DNA of 64,000 nucleotides from Macrostomum lignano (Eukaryota): NCBI GenBank assembly GCA_002269645.1, contig NIVC01001143.1, positions 256,012 to 320,011 of the forward strand, read 5' to 3'. Shown piece by piece: positions 13,794 to 24,384 of this stretch (position 1 is its first letter; each line of letters starts with the position of its first letter). The notes under the pieces were generated by a model. It saw only the letters and a program-made list of their open reading frames with translations, ran no database searches and was not told where the DNA came from. The position numbers and the translations under genes were made by a program.

Positions 13794-15940
13794 GACTGTT
13801 CATGCGTCAGTCTGTCTTACCGAATGAGCGCCCCCGTGGAGTCTCTGAGCATGTCCCGAAAGAACAGCAGGCCCTCTTTGCCGTTCTCTTTGCAGCGGAC
13901 GGCGTCGTGGAGCAGGCGGCAGTCGACAAATCGACGCAGCTGCGAGACCAGGTTGCCGTCCAGGCTGGCGGGCGGGGGAGGTGCGAGGTGCGCAGTGAGC
14001 TTCGTACTCGTAGATTCATGACAGAGACAGCTAAAAGCAGATCAAAGCCATGCTAAGGGAAGCCAGCGACTCACATGGAGAGGTCCAGGCGCTGCAGCTG
14101 CAGTTTGAAGTGGTTGGTCAGCGGGTCGTCATTGTAAACCGACTGCTCCAGCTCGTACCAGTCGCCCCCTGCAAGAGCAACCGCGATACTTAGCGTACTC
14201 GATAGACAAGAGGAACAAACCCCAGAGCTACTCGATGAACAAGAGGAATAACCCCCAGAGCTACTCGATAGACAAGAGGAACAAACCCCAGAGCTACTCG
14301 ATAGACAAGAGGAACAAACCCCAGAGCTACTCGATGAACAAGAGGAACAAACCCCAGAGCTACTTGATGAACAAGAGGAACAAACCCCAGAGCTACTCGA
14401 TGAACAAGAGGAATAACCCCCAGAGCTACTCGATAGACAAGAGGAACAAACCCCAGAGCTACTCGATAGACAAGAGGAACAAACCCCAGAGCTACTCGAT
14501 GAACAAGAGGAACAAACCCCAGAGCTACTTGATGAACAAGAGGAACAAACCCCAGAGCTACTCGATGAACAAGAGGAATAACCCCCAGAGCTACTCGATA
14601 GACAAGAGGAACAAACCCCAGAGCTACTCGATGAACAAGAGGAACAAACCCCAGAGCTACTCGATGAACAAGAGGAACAAACCCCAGAGCTACTTGATGA
14701 ACAAGAGGAACAAACCCCAGAGCTACTTGATGAACAAGAGGAACAAACCCCAGAGCTACTCGATGAACAAGAGGAACAAACCCCAGAGCTACTTGATGAA
14801 CAAGAGGAACAAACCCCAGAGCTACTCGATAGACAAGAGGAACAAACCCCAGAGCTACTCGATGAACAAGAGGTATAACCCCAGAGCTACTCGATGAACA
14901 AGAGGAACAAACCCCAGAGCTACTCGATGAACAAGAGGAATAACCCCCAGAGCTACTCGATAGACAAGAGGAACAAACCCCAGAGCTACTCGATGAACAA
15001 GAGGAACAAACCCCAGAGCTACTCGATGAACAAGAGGAACAAACCCCAGAGCTACTTGATGAACAAGAGGAACAAACCCCAGAGCTACTTGATGAACAAG
15101 AGGAACAAACCCCAGAGCTACTCGATGAACAAGAGGAACAAACCCCAGAGCTACTTGATGAACAAGAGGAACAAACCCCAGAGCTACTCGATAGACAAGA
15201 GGAACAAACCCCAGAGCTACTCGATGAACAAGAGGTATAACCCCAGAGCTACTCGATGAACAAGAGGAACAAACCCCAGAGCTACTCGATGAACAAGAGG
15301 AATAACCCCCAGAGCTACTCGATAGACAAGAGGAACAAACCCCAGAGCTACTCGATGAACAAGAGGAACAAACCCCAGAGCTACTCGATGAACAAGAGGT
15401 ATAACCCCAGAGCTACTCGATGAACAAGAGGAACAAACCCCAGAGCTACTCGATGAACAAGAGGTATAACCCCAGAGCTACTCGATGAACAAGAGGAACA
15501 AACCCCAGAGCTACTCGATGAACAAGAGGTATAACCCCCAGAGCTACTCGATGAACAAGAGGAACAAACCCCAGAGCTACTCGATGAACAAGAGGAACAA
15601 ACCCCAGAGCTCCCTCACCCTTGCTGCAGGGCAAGGCAAATTTCAGCGCCGTGATGAGGCCGTTGTGGCCGCCGCGGGCCAGGTAGTCCTCGATGAGGCC
15701 GTCCAGTTGCGGGTATTTTCGCTCCTCCACGCCCTTCTCGGCCTGGATGAACAGCAGGCCGTCGCGGTCCTTGATGATGCGGTACTGGTGCACCCGGCCG
15801 TCGAACAGGATGCACAGCGAGTAAGAGCTGGGCATGGAGGCCGAGTTGCGCACCAGGAAGGAGCCGTCCTTGCCGGCCTTCTTCAGCACCTCCTCGGTCT
15901 CGGCGCGGGAGATGGCTCCGTGAAAGTACCAGGAAGACAT
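1724..15940 (-). CDS. INPP5D/INPPL1-like: SH2-containing inositol polyphosphate 5-phosphatase (SHIP1/SHIP2-like), 5' part; continues off the left edge
   Basis: Exons (minus): 15940-15619 (ATG, SH2: WYFHGAISRAETEEVLKKAGKDGSFLVRNS), 14168-14075, 14030-13821, 13573-13489, 12959-12651, 3549-3417, 1921-1724. All are GT-AG and phase-compatible (1,2,2,0,0,1). The translation ...PLFEVKSSSGKL...VDPGQGRL...HDKILRVIKS...RELFCQLV...PDTLSVFAGTWNMG matches SHIP (TFEVK...HKKILQLIKS...REGFCQLL...PDMITIFIGTWNMG), ending at the start of the 5-phosphatase domain. Confidence 0.92.
2795..3170. repeat. Degenerate ~90-97-bp tandem repeat (~4 copies) with an internal inverted repeat
   Basis: Recurring gactgcgggctg...tgtacattgg...ttccttccctctcaccaatgtacatt at ~2795, 2891, 2981, 3068. 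Confidence 0.8.
5100..5945. repeat. 19-bp minisatellite (gtgccagatatcagtgcct)n, ~44 copies, in a SHIP intron
   Basis: Direct periodicity; explains the three overlapping repetitive ORFs. Confidence 0.96.
6405..7970. repeat. 23-bp minisatellite (tttactgatacagattcacacaa)n, ~68 copies
   Basis: Direct periodicity with acag/atag/atgg variants. Confidence 0.97.
9598..11045. repeat. ~26-bp minisatellite (gaggggacagacagacacaacacagt)n with higher-order dimers
   Basis: Direct periodicity with a variable number of GACA tetramers. Confidence 0.95.
11918..12633. repeat. 39-bp minisatellite (cattggctagactagcaatccactctattgcctcatccg)n
   Basis: Starts ~17 nt after the SHIP donor at 12650 and becomes more degenerate away from the exon. 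Confidence 0.95.
13699..13794. repeat. (TCTG)n microsatellite in a SHIP intron
   Basis: Direct. Confidence 0.95.
14195..15612. repeat. 33-bp minisatellite (gaacaagaggaacaaaccccagagctactcgat)n, ~43 copies, filling almost all of SHIP intron 1
   Basis: Direct periodicity; lies between the donor at 15618 and the acceptor at 14169. Confidence 0.97.
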
Positions 15941-18311
15941 GGCTGCTGGGGCTTTCCGGAGCTATTGGAGAATGAGGAGTTTCAATTTAAAATTCCTGTT
16001 TATTCAAAATTCAAGATTTTGATTTTTTGTAACTGAAAGTCAGTTAGAAAATCTTAGAACCTCATTTTTATCCCTGTCTTTGTTAGATATAATTATGGAA
16101 TAATATTATTCTTGCTAAATAGCATTTAATTTCAATTCCACTAAACTCTATTGCATTAAAACTCAATTTGAAGTTCATTTTTCTTTTATAATTTCTATAG
16201 AGCTGTTACAGTTATTTTATGTGATCGATTGAGGGATTTAATTTCTTATCTGTGTCAACTCGATCTTCTGTAGGTTCAAATAAATATTTCAATTTTAATA
16301 TAATTTAGCTATACACTAGAAATACACAATGCTTCAAAGTTATAGTATTACTATCTTATAAGATCTTTAAAATTCAAGTCGAGTGACTCTTTTAACTTTG
16401 AAATCTTATGCTTAACAAAACAATAAAACAGAATTAAAGTGTAAAAACTTGAGAATATCAGGAGCCAATATTCATTTAGAATAATATTAGAATGAATTCT
16501 GCTGTTGTAATCTCAAATGCTGGCATTATAGTCCTGACGACTAACCTATCTAAAATTTCTCTGATTGAAAAAAATCAAAAGATATTTTATGCATACAGTG
16601 ATAGAAGAGTTGTTTTAATGATAACATCGATGCGTGGACTCCCTAAGTCTAAGATTAAGAATAAATGAAGCTTTCAGTTAGAAACAAAAAATAGACTGGT
16701 TTAGAGTTTACCGTTCAGTATTTCAACTTTTACGTAGGAAGTGACTGCAGAGAAGTAATTTGTAAATAAAGACTTGATCTACGAACCAAGTTTATAAAGA
16801 TAAATTTGTCGAGCCTCGTGCTCGTGCTATGTTAAATATATATATATATAAAATATGATCGCTGGTGGGTAAGTTGAAATATAATGCAGCACTCAATTAA
16901 CTTCTGGATAAGTTGTAGAGATATTTCGTGCTTAACGTCAGCTTAATATATAAAGCCTTAAGGATAGCTTAAAAGTAATTTTTAATCAGTTAATGTTTTA
17001 ATTATTGTATGATTTTTGTTTAAAAAACTGTAAACAATCGTCCGGAGGATTCTATTATGGCCCTATCTGAATCCGTAGGCAAAATTCAATTTATGTTTAA
17101 GTTTTAATTTACAAAAACGAGCCAAGTAAAATGAACCAAGTAATCAATGAAACAAAACAACAGAGACAATTGGCGTTACTTTCGTAATAAGTAACTTGTC
17201 CAGATCGAATAGTCAATGAAGCTATTATAGATGACACCGCCAGACTGCATGAGGCTACGAAAACGCTGGAGAGTGTTACCGGTATAATAGACAAGAGTCC
17301 TTGTCTTGTCTATTTTCGGGGCAGAAGATTTATAGTATTCCACACGAGCAAAAATTGTGTTGCGATACAAGAATATTACACTGCTGCGAATACTGCAACA
17401 GCTAGTCAATCACACGCCTTTGCTGACTTGTCTTTAGCTGTCCTAACTTATTTCACTTTTAAAGCGACCTCTTTTGCGTATACATGCAGGTACATGTATT
17501 TACCGGTAAGAATGCTTGGACTTGGATGACTCGCTTGAACACCCACTTTTGAGAATAGGAGAATTTGAGGGCTTGCCATAATACAGTCATACAGTACAGT
17601 AAATATACAATAAATACGCTCGTATATGCAGCCACATTAAGACACTACCTAAATCATGAATTCCTACTACTCTTCTAAAGTAAGTCCTTGCATGCACCTT
17701 CATGTGGAAATTTACAGATGGTTTTTTCCACTTTATGCCCAATATTTTTTCAGCTGTATGTTCCCGCAGTTAAAAATTGTTTCTTAGTCGGACAGACAAA
17801 TTAAACTAATTAAACTACATGTTATAACCGCATGTAATTAACTTGTAATTAAACGCAGAAGGGAACTACTATTATTTTACTGTCCTTTAGGGATATTCAT
17901 GTGCTTCCATGTGCAATGCGTAGAGGGAACTTCCACTTTCGGTCCATTGTTACCAAATGGGAGTTCGGTGTGCTAAACCATACATGTACACGCGCGCAGA
18001 AGCGCTTACGTACATGCAGCAAGGTACCAAATGAGTATATGCAGTTTTAAACAGTATTGAGTTGTTCTGTCTCGCGAAAGCATTCTTGCGATGACGCACA
18101 GATCGAATCGTGAGTCGGTCATGGCACCTCGTTCTATTGGTTGATTCACTCCCGTATCCTTGCTACTTAAGTTCATAATCTATTGATCAATATGCAGCTC
18201 GTATAAAGCTACCGCGGATCTTTTGAGCTCACAATATTTTATCTGATCTGCATCAGAGGTGGTCAACACAAAAAGTAAAAGTAACAAAAGTAAACTTGGA
18301 TCACAGAAATC

Positions 18312-19265
18312 ATGGCCGAGAGCGACATTTTCGACATTCTGAACTGCATCAGCAAGGCGATCTTGGAAATCAAGCCGCTGCGAGACACCAGACCGGAGCT
18401 GGGCCGCGCTATCGAAGAGGTCAAAAAGCACGCGGATGTGGTGGAGAAATTCAGCCTGCCGAAGGGTGAGCAGCTCGATGACTTGAAGCTTTCGAGCAAA
18501 GAAAGGAGTTATTGGAAGGCGCGCATCTTGAAGCTGACAGATGCGCTGACTCCGTTGCTGAGCTCGCTGCGGTTGGAACTGTGCACAGCCCGCGACACCA
18601 GCTGCGAGCTCGAGCGCTGGCTTCGTAGCTCCGACACAGCAATCCGAGAATTCGACGGCTTTGTTAATAAAATCAAAGCCGGTTCCTCGTCGGTACCACG
18701 ACAGGTCGTAGAGAACTTGTGCGCCTTCCTGCGGCAGTTTGAGCAGATGGGGGAAGCCTTCTCCAGCACATTCGAGGCGTTCAACAGTCAGCTGAGCAGG
18801 GCGCAGCAGCTGACTGAGCAGCTTCAAGCCGAAATGGACCGGCAGTCGATCGAAATAAGCAGAAAAGCGGGCAGAGACATGTGGCTTCGAGTGGCCGAAG
18901 CTCTGGGCTGGACGGTGGGCTCTGCCGGTGTCGTGATGCTCGGCTTTTATTACGGCGCTCAGACCTTGGACATGGCCGCTTCGATGTTTAAAAAAGCCAT
19001 TAAAAATTTCAAACAGGCGAACGGAATCCGGAGGACAAAGCGAGCGCTGCCACGCCGGATCATGCAGAACTGCGACAAAGGCTTGGCCGCTGCCCTTGCC
19101 CGCGACCTGACGGTCAGCTGTGACCGAGCCGCCAGCATCCAGTGGAGTACGCAGTTCACGGAGATACTGAAATGCCTGGACGTCATCATCACCACCAGAG
19201 CCAGTGAGGAGAGGATCGCTCAGCTGCAGAAGCGACTTCGGGACCTTGGCATTGAGGATGACTAG
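18312..19265 (+). CDS. Intronless 317-aa orphan protein, predicted all-helical with one hydrophobic segment (~aa 190-216); paralog of 24385-25332
   Basis: Non-repetitive 954-nt ORF, good start context (atcATGG), GC-rich against AT-rich flanks; clear similarity to the second ORF. Confidence 0.8.
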   Translation: MAESDIFDILNCISKAILEIKPLRDTRPELGRAIEEVKKHADVVEKFSLPKGEQLDDLKLSSKERSYWKARILKLTDALTPLLSSLRLELCTARDTSCELERWLRSSDTAIREFDGFVNKIKAGSSSVPRQVVENLCAFLRQFEQMGEAFSSTFEAFNSQLSRAQQLTEQLQAEMDRQSIEISRKAGRDMWLRVAEALGWTVGSAGVVMLGFYYGAQTLDMAASMFKKAIKNFKQANGIRRTKRALPRRIMQNCDKGLAAALARDLTVSCDRAASIQWSTQFTEILKCLDVIITTRASEERIAQLQKRLRDLGIEDD

Positions 19266-19577
19266 CAGATGATGATGTTGGATCGGACTCGTTTCAGCTT
19301 CCTCTGCAACCATGGTGACTAGCAATATATAACTGACATCTTCCCTGGTTCAATTCATACTTAAAATCAACCCAAAACGTTGTAAGGACAAATTTGTTCC
19401 TCTTCTGATGGCTGAATTTCTTCTGAACTCTTGTCGATTGGTTTGTGAGTTCAAAGTTTGTGAGTTGGCTCGTACTTAGGATTATTAATTAACCAGCTTT
19501 CGAATTGGCTTCAAATATATTTGCCTAATACACTAAAGAAACAAATTTTTTCAGAGTCTTCTTTCAAACTCTCTTTA

Positions 19578-20300
19578 CACTGACTGACTTGAGTGAGTGG
19601 GTGACTGACTGACTGACTGACTGACTTGAGTGAGTGGGTGACTGACTGACTGACTGACTGACTTGAGTGAGTGGGTGACTGACTGACTGACTGACTGACT
19701 TGAGTGAGTGGGTGACTGACTGACTGACTGACTGACTGACTGACTGACTGACTTGAATGAGTGGGTGACTGACTGACTGACTGACTTGAGTGAGTGGGTG
19801 ACTGACTGACTGACTGACTTGAGTGAGTGGGTGACTGACTGACTGACTTGAGTGAGTGGGTGACTGACTGACTGACTGACTGACTGACTTGAGTGAGTGG
19901 GTGACTGACTGACTGACTGACTGACTGACTGACTGACTGACTTGAGTGAGTGGGTGACTGACTGACTGACTGACTGACTTGAGTGAGTGGGTGACTGACT
20001 GACTGACTGACTGACTGACTGACTGACTGACTGACTTGAGTGAGTGGGTGACTGACTGACTGACTGACTGACTGACTGACTTGAGTGAGTGGGTGACTGA
20101 CTGACTGACTGACTGACTGACTGACTGACTGACTTGAGTGAGTGGGTGATTGACTGACTGACTGACTGACTGACTTGAGTGAGTGGGTGATTGACTGACT
20201 GACTGACTGACTGACTGACTGACTGACTGACTGACTGACTGACTGACTGACTGACTGACTGACTGACTGACTGACTGACTGACTGGCTGACTGACTGACA
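19578..20300. repeat. Compound microsatellite (tgac)n interspersed with ttgagtgagtggg
   Basis: Direct. Confidence 0.96.
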
Positions 20301-20329
20301 GCTGGGATAAAAACAAGTAGGATTAAAGC

Positions 20330-20560
20330 CACTAGGATCAGAGCAGCAGGAATTTAAAGCAACTGGGAATAACCAACATGGGTTAAAGCCCCAGCAATTA
20401 AAACTATTGGCATTTAAGCAACAGGGATTGAAGCAACATGGATTAAAGCAACATGGATTAAAGCAACATGGATTACAGCAACATGAATTACGAGTAAGCG
20501 ACTGGAATTAAAACAAATGGGATTACTGGGATCAAAGCAGCAGAATTAAAGCAACTGGGA
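20330..20560. repeat. Degenerate ~20-bp repeat (ggattaaagcaacat-like)
   Basis: Recurring attaaagcaac motif. Confidence 0.7.
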
Positions 20561-20613
20561 TTATCTATAGCCTTCATAGTTCAGAGTCGGTGCGTCCAGT
20601 TTTCACCAGCAGT

Positions 20614-21713
20614 TCAGCGCACCAGACCGAAGAAGCTGCGGATCTCAGCCTCGGTCATTGAGTCGTTCATGACAGCCACTGCCTGCACCGTGCCGTTCAG
20701 CATTCGCGAGTCGCCACGTTGAAATCCGAGTCTCAGACTGGTGCAGTTGGGAATACCCGATGCAGTATATGAGCCAATCACAGTCCCCTTTTCCCGCGGC
20801 ACGAAGCCTCCGTTGGAGAAGAAAGTTCGGCTCGTGACTGACGCCGACGTCAGGCCGACTTCCACGAACGAATTCGCGTCAAGAATAACTCGAAGCGATC
20901 TTGACGCCGAACAGGCCTCTTGAAGCTCCGTCCCAGAAGGCGGCTCCAAAGCCACTCCAAGCGGTGCAGTCGTAGCTCTCAAGAATTGGTGCATCCCCGA
21001 TCTCCCGCTTGAGCCTGACCAGCCACGTGAGTCCCTGCTGCAGGTTCGCGAGCTCCACGTTCTCCAGCCACATCTTGGACGACACTCCGTCGAGCTTGGC
21101 TCCCTCGCTGCTCCACTCCACATTCTCCGACATCCACTGCTGCGTCTGGCCGCACACCAAGTTGCTCCTGCTGGCGCTCATCACTAAGGCGGCCCTCAGC
21201 TTCGAGACCACACCCATCACTGCTCAAAGTGATGAAGAACGCAGCTCTGTCATTGGCGAATGCGGCACAGCGGCGGGGCTGCGAGCTCTCCGCAGCAGCG
21301 AGTCCATCGATCAGGTGGCACACTGCGGTGAATTGGAAGAGCGAGCAGTCGCGGCTGTCCGAGTCGGACTGGGCCACCTGCAGGCCGCTCGAGCCAGCCT
21401 CCATGAGTCACTCGCTGATTCCTCTCGGAGTCTGGGCCGCCCGCACTGTCAGATTCTCAGGCAGGCACTGCGGGCTGCTCAGGCGGTGCCAAGAGCCCGG
21501 TAGGCTCTCACAGAGGACCAGCTGGGCCAGATAGGCCGCTGCGGGGCAGAACGGAGACTGGAGTAGCGATGAAGCTGGTTGCCATGCTGACTGCAGTGCG
21601 ATATTGCGGATGCAAGAGCTGGGAGGGAGGCAGTCGGCAAAAATCCTGCATGTAGTAAAATTTATCCTGCTCCCGTTGTTGAGCTCAATCGCCCCTAGCA
21701 ACCAGTTGTCCAA
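20614..21713 (-). pseudogene. Disrupted gene with a Cys-rich N-terminal region and a C-terminal concanavalin A-like/LamG-type domain
   Basis: Consecutive minus-strand frames: Cys-rich 21713-21408, in-frame TGA, continuation from 21404; a frameshift to WSSEGAKLDGVSSKMWLEN...LTWLVRLK; a second shift to SLRLGFQRGDSRMLNGTVQAVAVMNDSMTEAEIRSFF*. The last resembles the LamG_3 end (LYIG...FNGLIDEVRIYDRALSAAEI). Domain assigned by eye. Confidence 0.5.
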
Positions 21714-22067
21714 GCCGTTAGCTCAGACTTCAGCCACCTCAGCCCCTCCGATGCCCTGCGCTGTGGATGAACAGCGAAATTTGTAGAATTGAAAATGCGG
21801 CTCGCCGCTCCGAATGCCGGTGGCGCGGAGCTGCGAAACTGGTGAGATGCGGCTGCCAGCGCCGCGGGCAGGCAGGAGTGAAATCGCCCCTACCAGCAGC
21901 TGTCCAAGCCATCAGACCCACCTTAGAAACTATCAAATGTCAACTTAAAATGCATAAAACTTACCATAGAACTTTAGGCAAGTTTCTAGAATGCCTCAGC
22001 TGCTTATTTAAAAGAAGCAAAGACTCAAACGAGATTACAAAAAGTTTCTCAAACTAAAGGCCTCAAC

Positions 22068-23558
22068 ATGGACGTGAAGCTGCGGGCGCAGTCGCTGATC
22101 GAGTTCGGCCTGCCGCGCAACTGGATTGCCCTGGTCGTCGAGCGCTTCGCCCAGGGCGGCATCACCAGCCTCACCAGCAACGAGCTGTACATGATCGTCA
22201 AGCGGGTTTGCAACATCCTCCGGACCGAGGCCTCCGTGATTGACGTACGAGGCGACTGCCGGGTGGTCGGCAACCTGCACGGCAGCATTGAGAGCCTGCA
22301 GGCGATCTTCCGCACCTACGGCTGGCCAAGCGACGTCTGCTACGTGTTCCTCGGCGACTACCTTGCCACGATCGACGACAAGATTCAGACGAACGTTTTC
22401 GTTCTGCTGCTCATTTTCAAGGTGGTCTACCCGAAGCACATCCTGCTGCTGCGGGGCGCCAGCGAGTGCGAGCACTGCGCCGCGGACATGGGGCTGCTGG
22501 ACCTACGTGAGTTGTGAAGCACCAGCCTGGGCTGTGTCAGGGAGAACAGGACTTAATATCCCCTATGTATCCGGAATTCAATTTGATGTGGTATGCTGAT
22601 GCACCTTATGATACTGCTACGAGCGTACTTAGTAAGAAGCATATTGTGTGGGAATGCACCGAAAAACCATGATTATTCGACTCTAAGGGCGCGCTGCTTT
22701 TTTATTGCTGTGTTTCAAGCGGGACCAAATTTACATTTGTAGAATTTTATGAGAACTTTTTCTACGAACTTGCTACCAATGCCTCCGCAGTGACAACTTC
22801 ATTCACGGCCTCCCTGTACCGCGAGTTCAAGTCCGTCTTCAAGTACCTGCCGCTTGCCGCCCGAGCAAACGGCGTTCACCTGATGTGCAACGCGTCTCTC
22901 AGCCTGAAGCGAGGCAACCTGCTGGACCTGGAGCAGGTGGTCCGGCCCTGCACCATCTGCCACCGGGACGGCATCATGCGCCTGCTGGCCAGGCAGCCGT
23001 CTCGACTAGGTGACCACACGCTGCAGGCCGACCCGCTCGAGGACTTCGACGAGGGCGAGACCGAAGGTTTTTGAGTCTTTAGAGACAACTGTTTGAGTTA
23101 TTATTGAGGGGGACTCAGAAAAAATCTCAAGTTCTTTCTCATTCTACGCACTCACCGCGTCCAGCAACCAGCAGCCAACAGGATCAGCGTAACAGGGCGC
23201 CAACATAGGGAGGGCTTAACTAGGGGACATCTGACCTTGTTTCAGTAGGAATCGAAGTTGCTCACATCCTTTCTCCGCAGATGTCTGCGAGGCCATCAGC
23301 TTTATGAAGCGCAGCAACATGAAGATCTGCGTCCGGAACGAGGGCATCGAACAGTCGCTGGCGGGCAGCGCGGGTTACAACGTCGAGGGCAGGCAGTGCA
23401 ACGTGATCTCGATTGCGTCCGCCTCGAACATCCGCGGTCAGCCTTGCCAGGGCGTTGTGCTGGCCGTGCACCGCAACGGCGCCTCCACGCTGCACCCGAC
23501 TAACCCGAAGGCGGCCAAGCCGGATGTTCGGCTGATCATGTACTGCCCTAATAAGTAG
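22068..23558 (+). CDS. PPP-family (PP1-like) Ser/Thr phosphatase homolog, predicted catalytically dead, 330 aa
   Basis: Exons 22068-22506, 22791-23066, 23281-23558, GT-AG, both introns phase 1; 993 nt, uninterrupted. Colinear with the PP1 fold: VVGNLHG, YVFLGDY, LLRGASE, LPLAA, VRP, SASNI. Confidence 0.85.
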
Positions 23559-24384
23559 CTGAACCTGCAGTAGCCTCAGGTGCTGATTATTTGCCACTGT
23601 TGGATCCCCGATCTGACCTTTCCTGTCCTGTTTGATTACATATAAATCCCACTTTTGCGTCAGTATGATTCATATGAATGTGGCTGATTCAGACTGCCCC
23701 TTTCATACTAGATAGAAACTTATCGTCTTGATTAATATTAAAAAGCATTAACTATATAGTTGTAAATACAATCTGACTAACGACCATCACAATAATAATA
23801 AAGTCCTGCGGATCCCTAGGTTCATATACAGGTAAAATGACGACAAATTAATCGTCTTCTCTTTTTTACACAAGCAATGATTTGCAGATGTACAAAATCT
23901 AAAAGTTATATTGTAAATTCTTTCGAATATTGAAAGCACGATAGTCTTAGAGTTAGCGGACACCAGCGTCAACCAGCAGACATTTAAAAAATCATTTAAT
24001 TTGTGGATACATTTGCAAATACAAAGTTGGCCGAAAGTCAGCGTTGATTCCGGTATTCTTGAAAATGAGACAAGTAAAGCCACCACAGCCTTATGCCACC
24101 ATAAGCAACCATTTCGGCCTTATCGGCCTTACGAAAGCCGGAACAGTTACAAGGAACCACGTCGAGCACAATGCGCTGAGCTTGGTACTGGCAAGTACAC
24201 TTGCACGTACAATGACAGGGAACTAAATTGTGCAGACATGTGCTTCGAATTAGGAACTCAGCGAATGATTATTAAAAGCCCAAGCAACTTGTTGCAGTAG
24301 AGGTCTTGTAGCTGCAGAGCAGAGCAATCGAGCAAAATTAAGCCAATTTACTAATTCAAAGTAAAAAGCAATAGCACCACCGAT

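Noticed and set aside
14195-15612. 33-bp regularly spaced repeats as a CRISPR array, and the NKRNKPQSYS ORFs
   Set aside because: Head-to-tail units with no unique spacers, no cas genes, eukaryotic intron.
17130-17510. Coding-like stretch (IDDTARLHEATKTLESVTG...) in AT-rich DNA
   Set aside because: Interrupted by stops and no recognisable motif.
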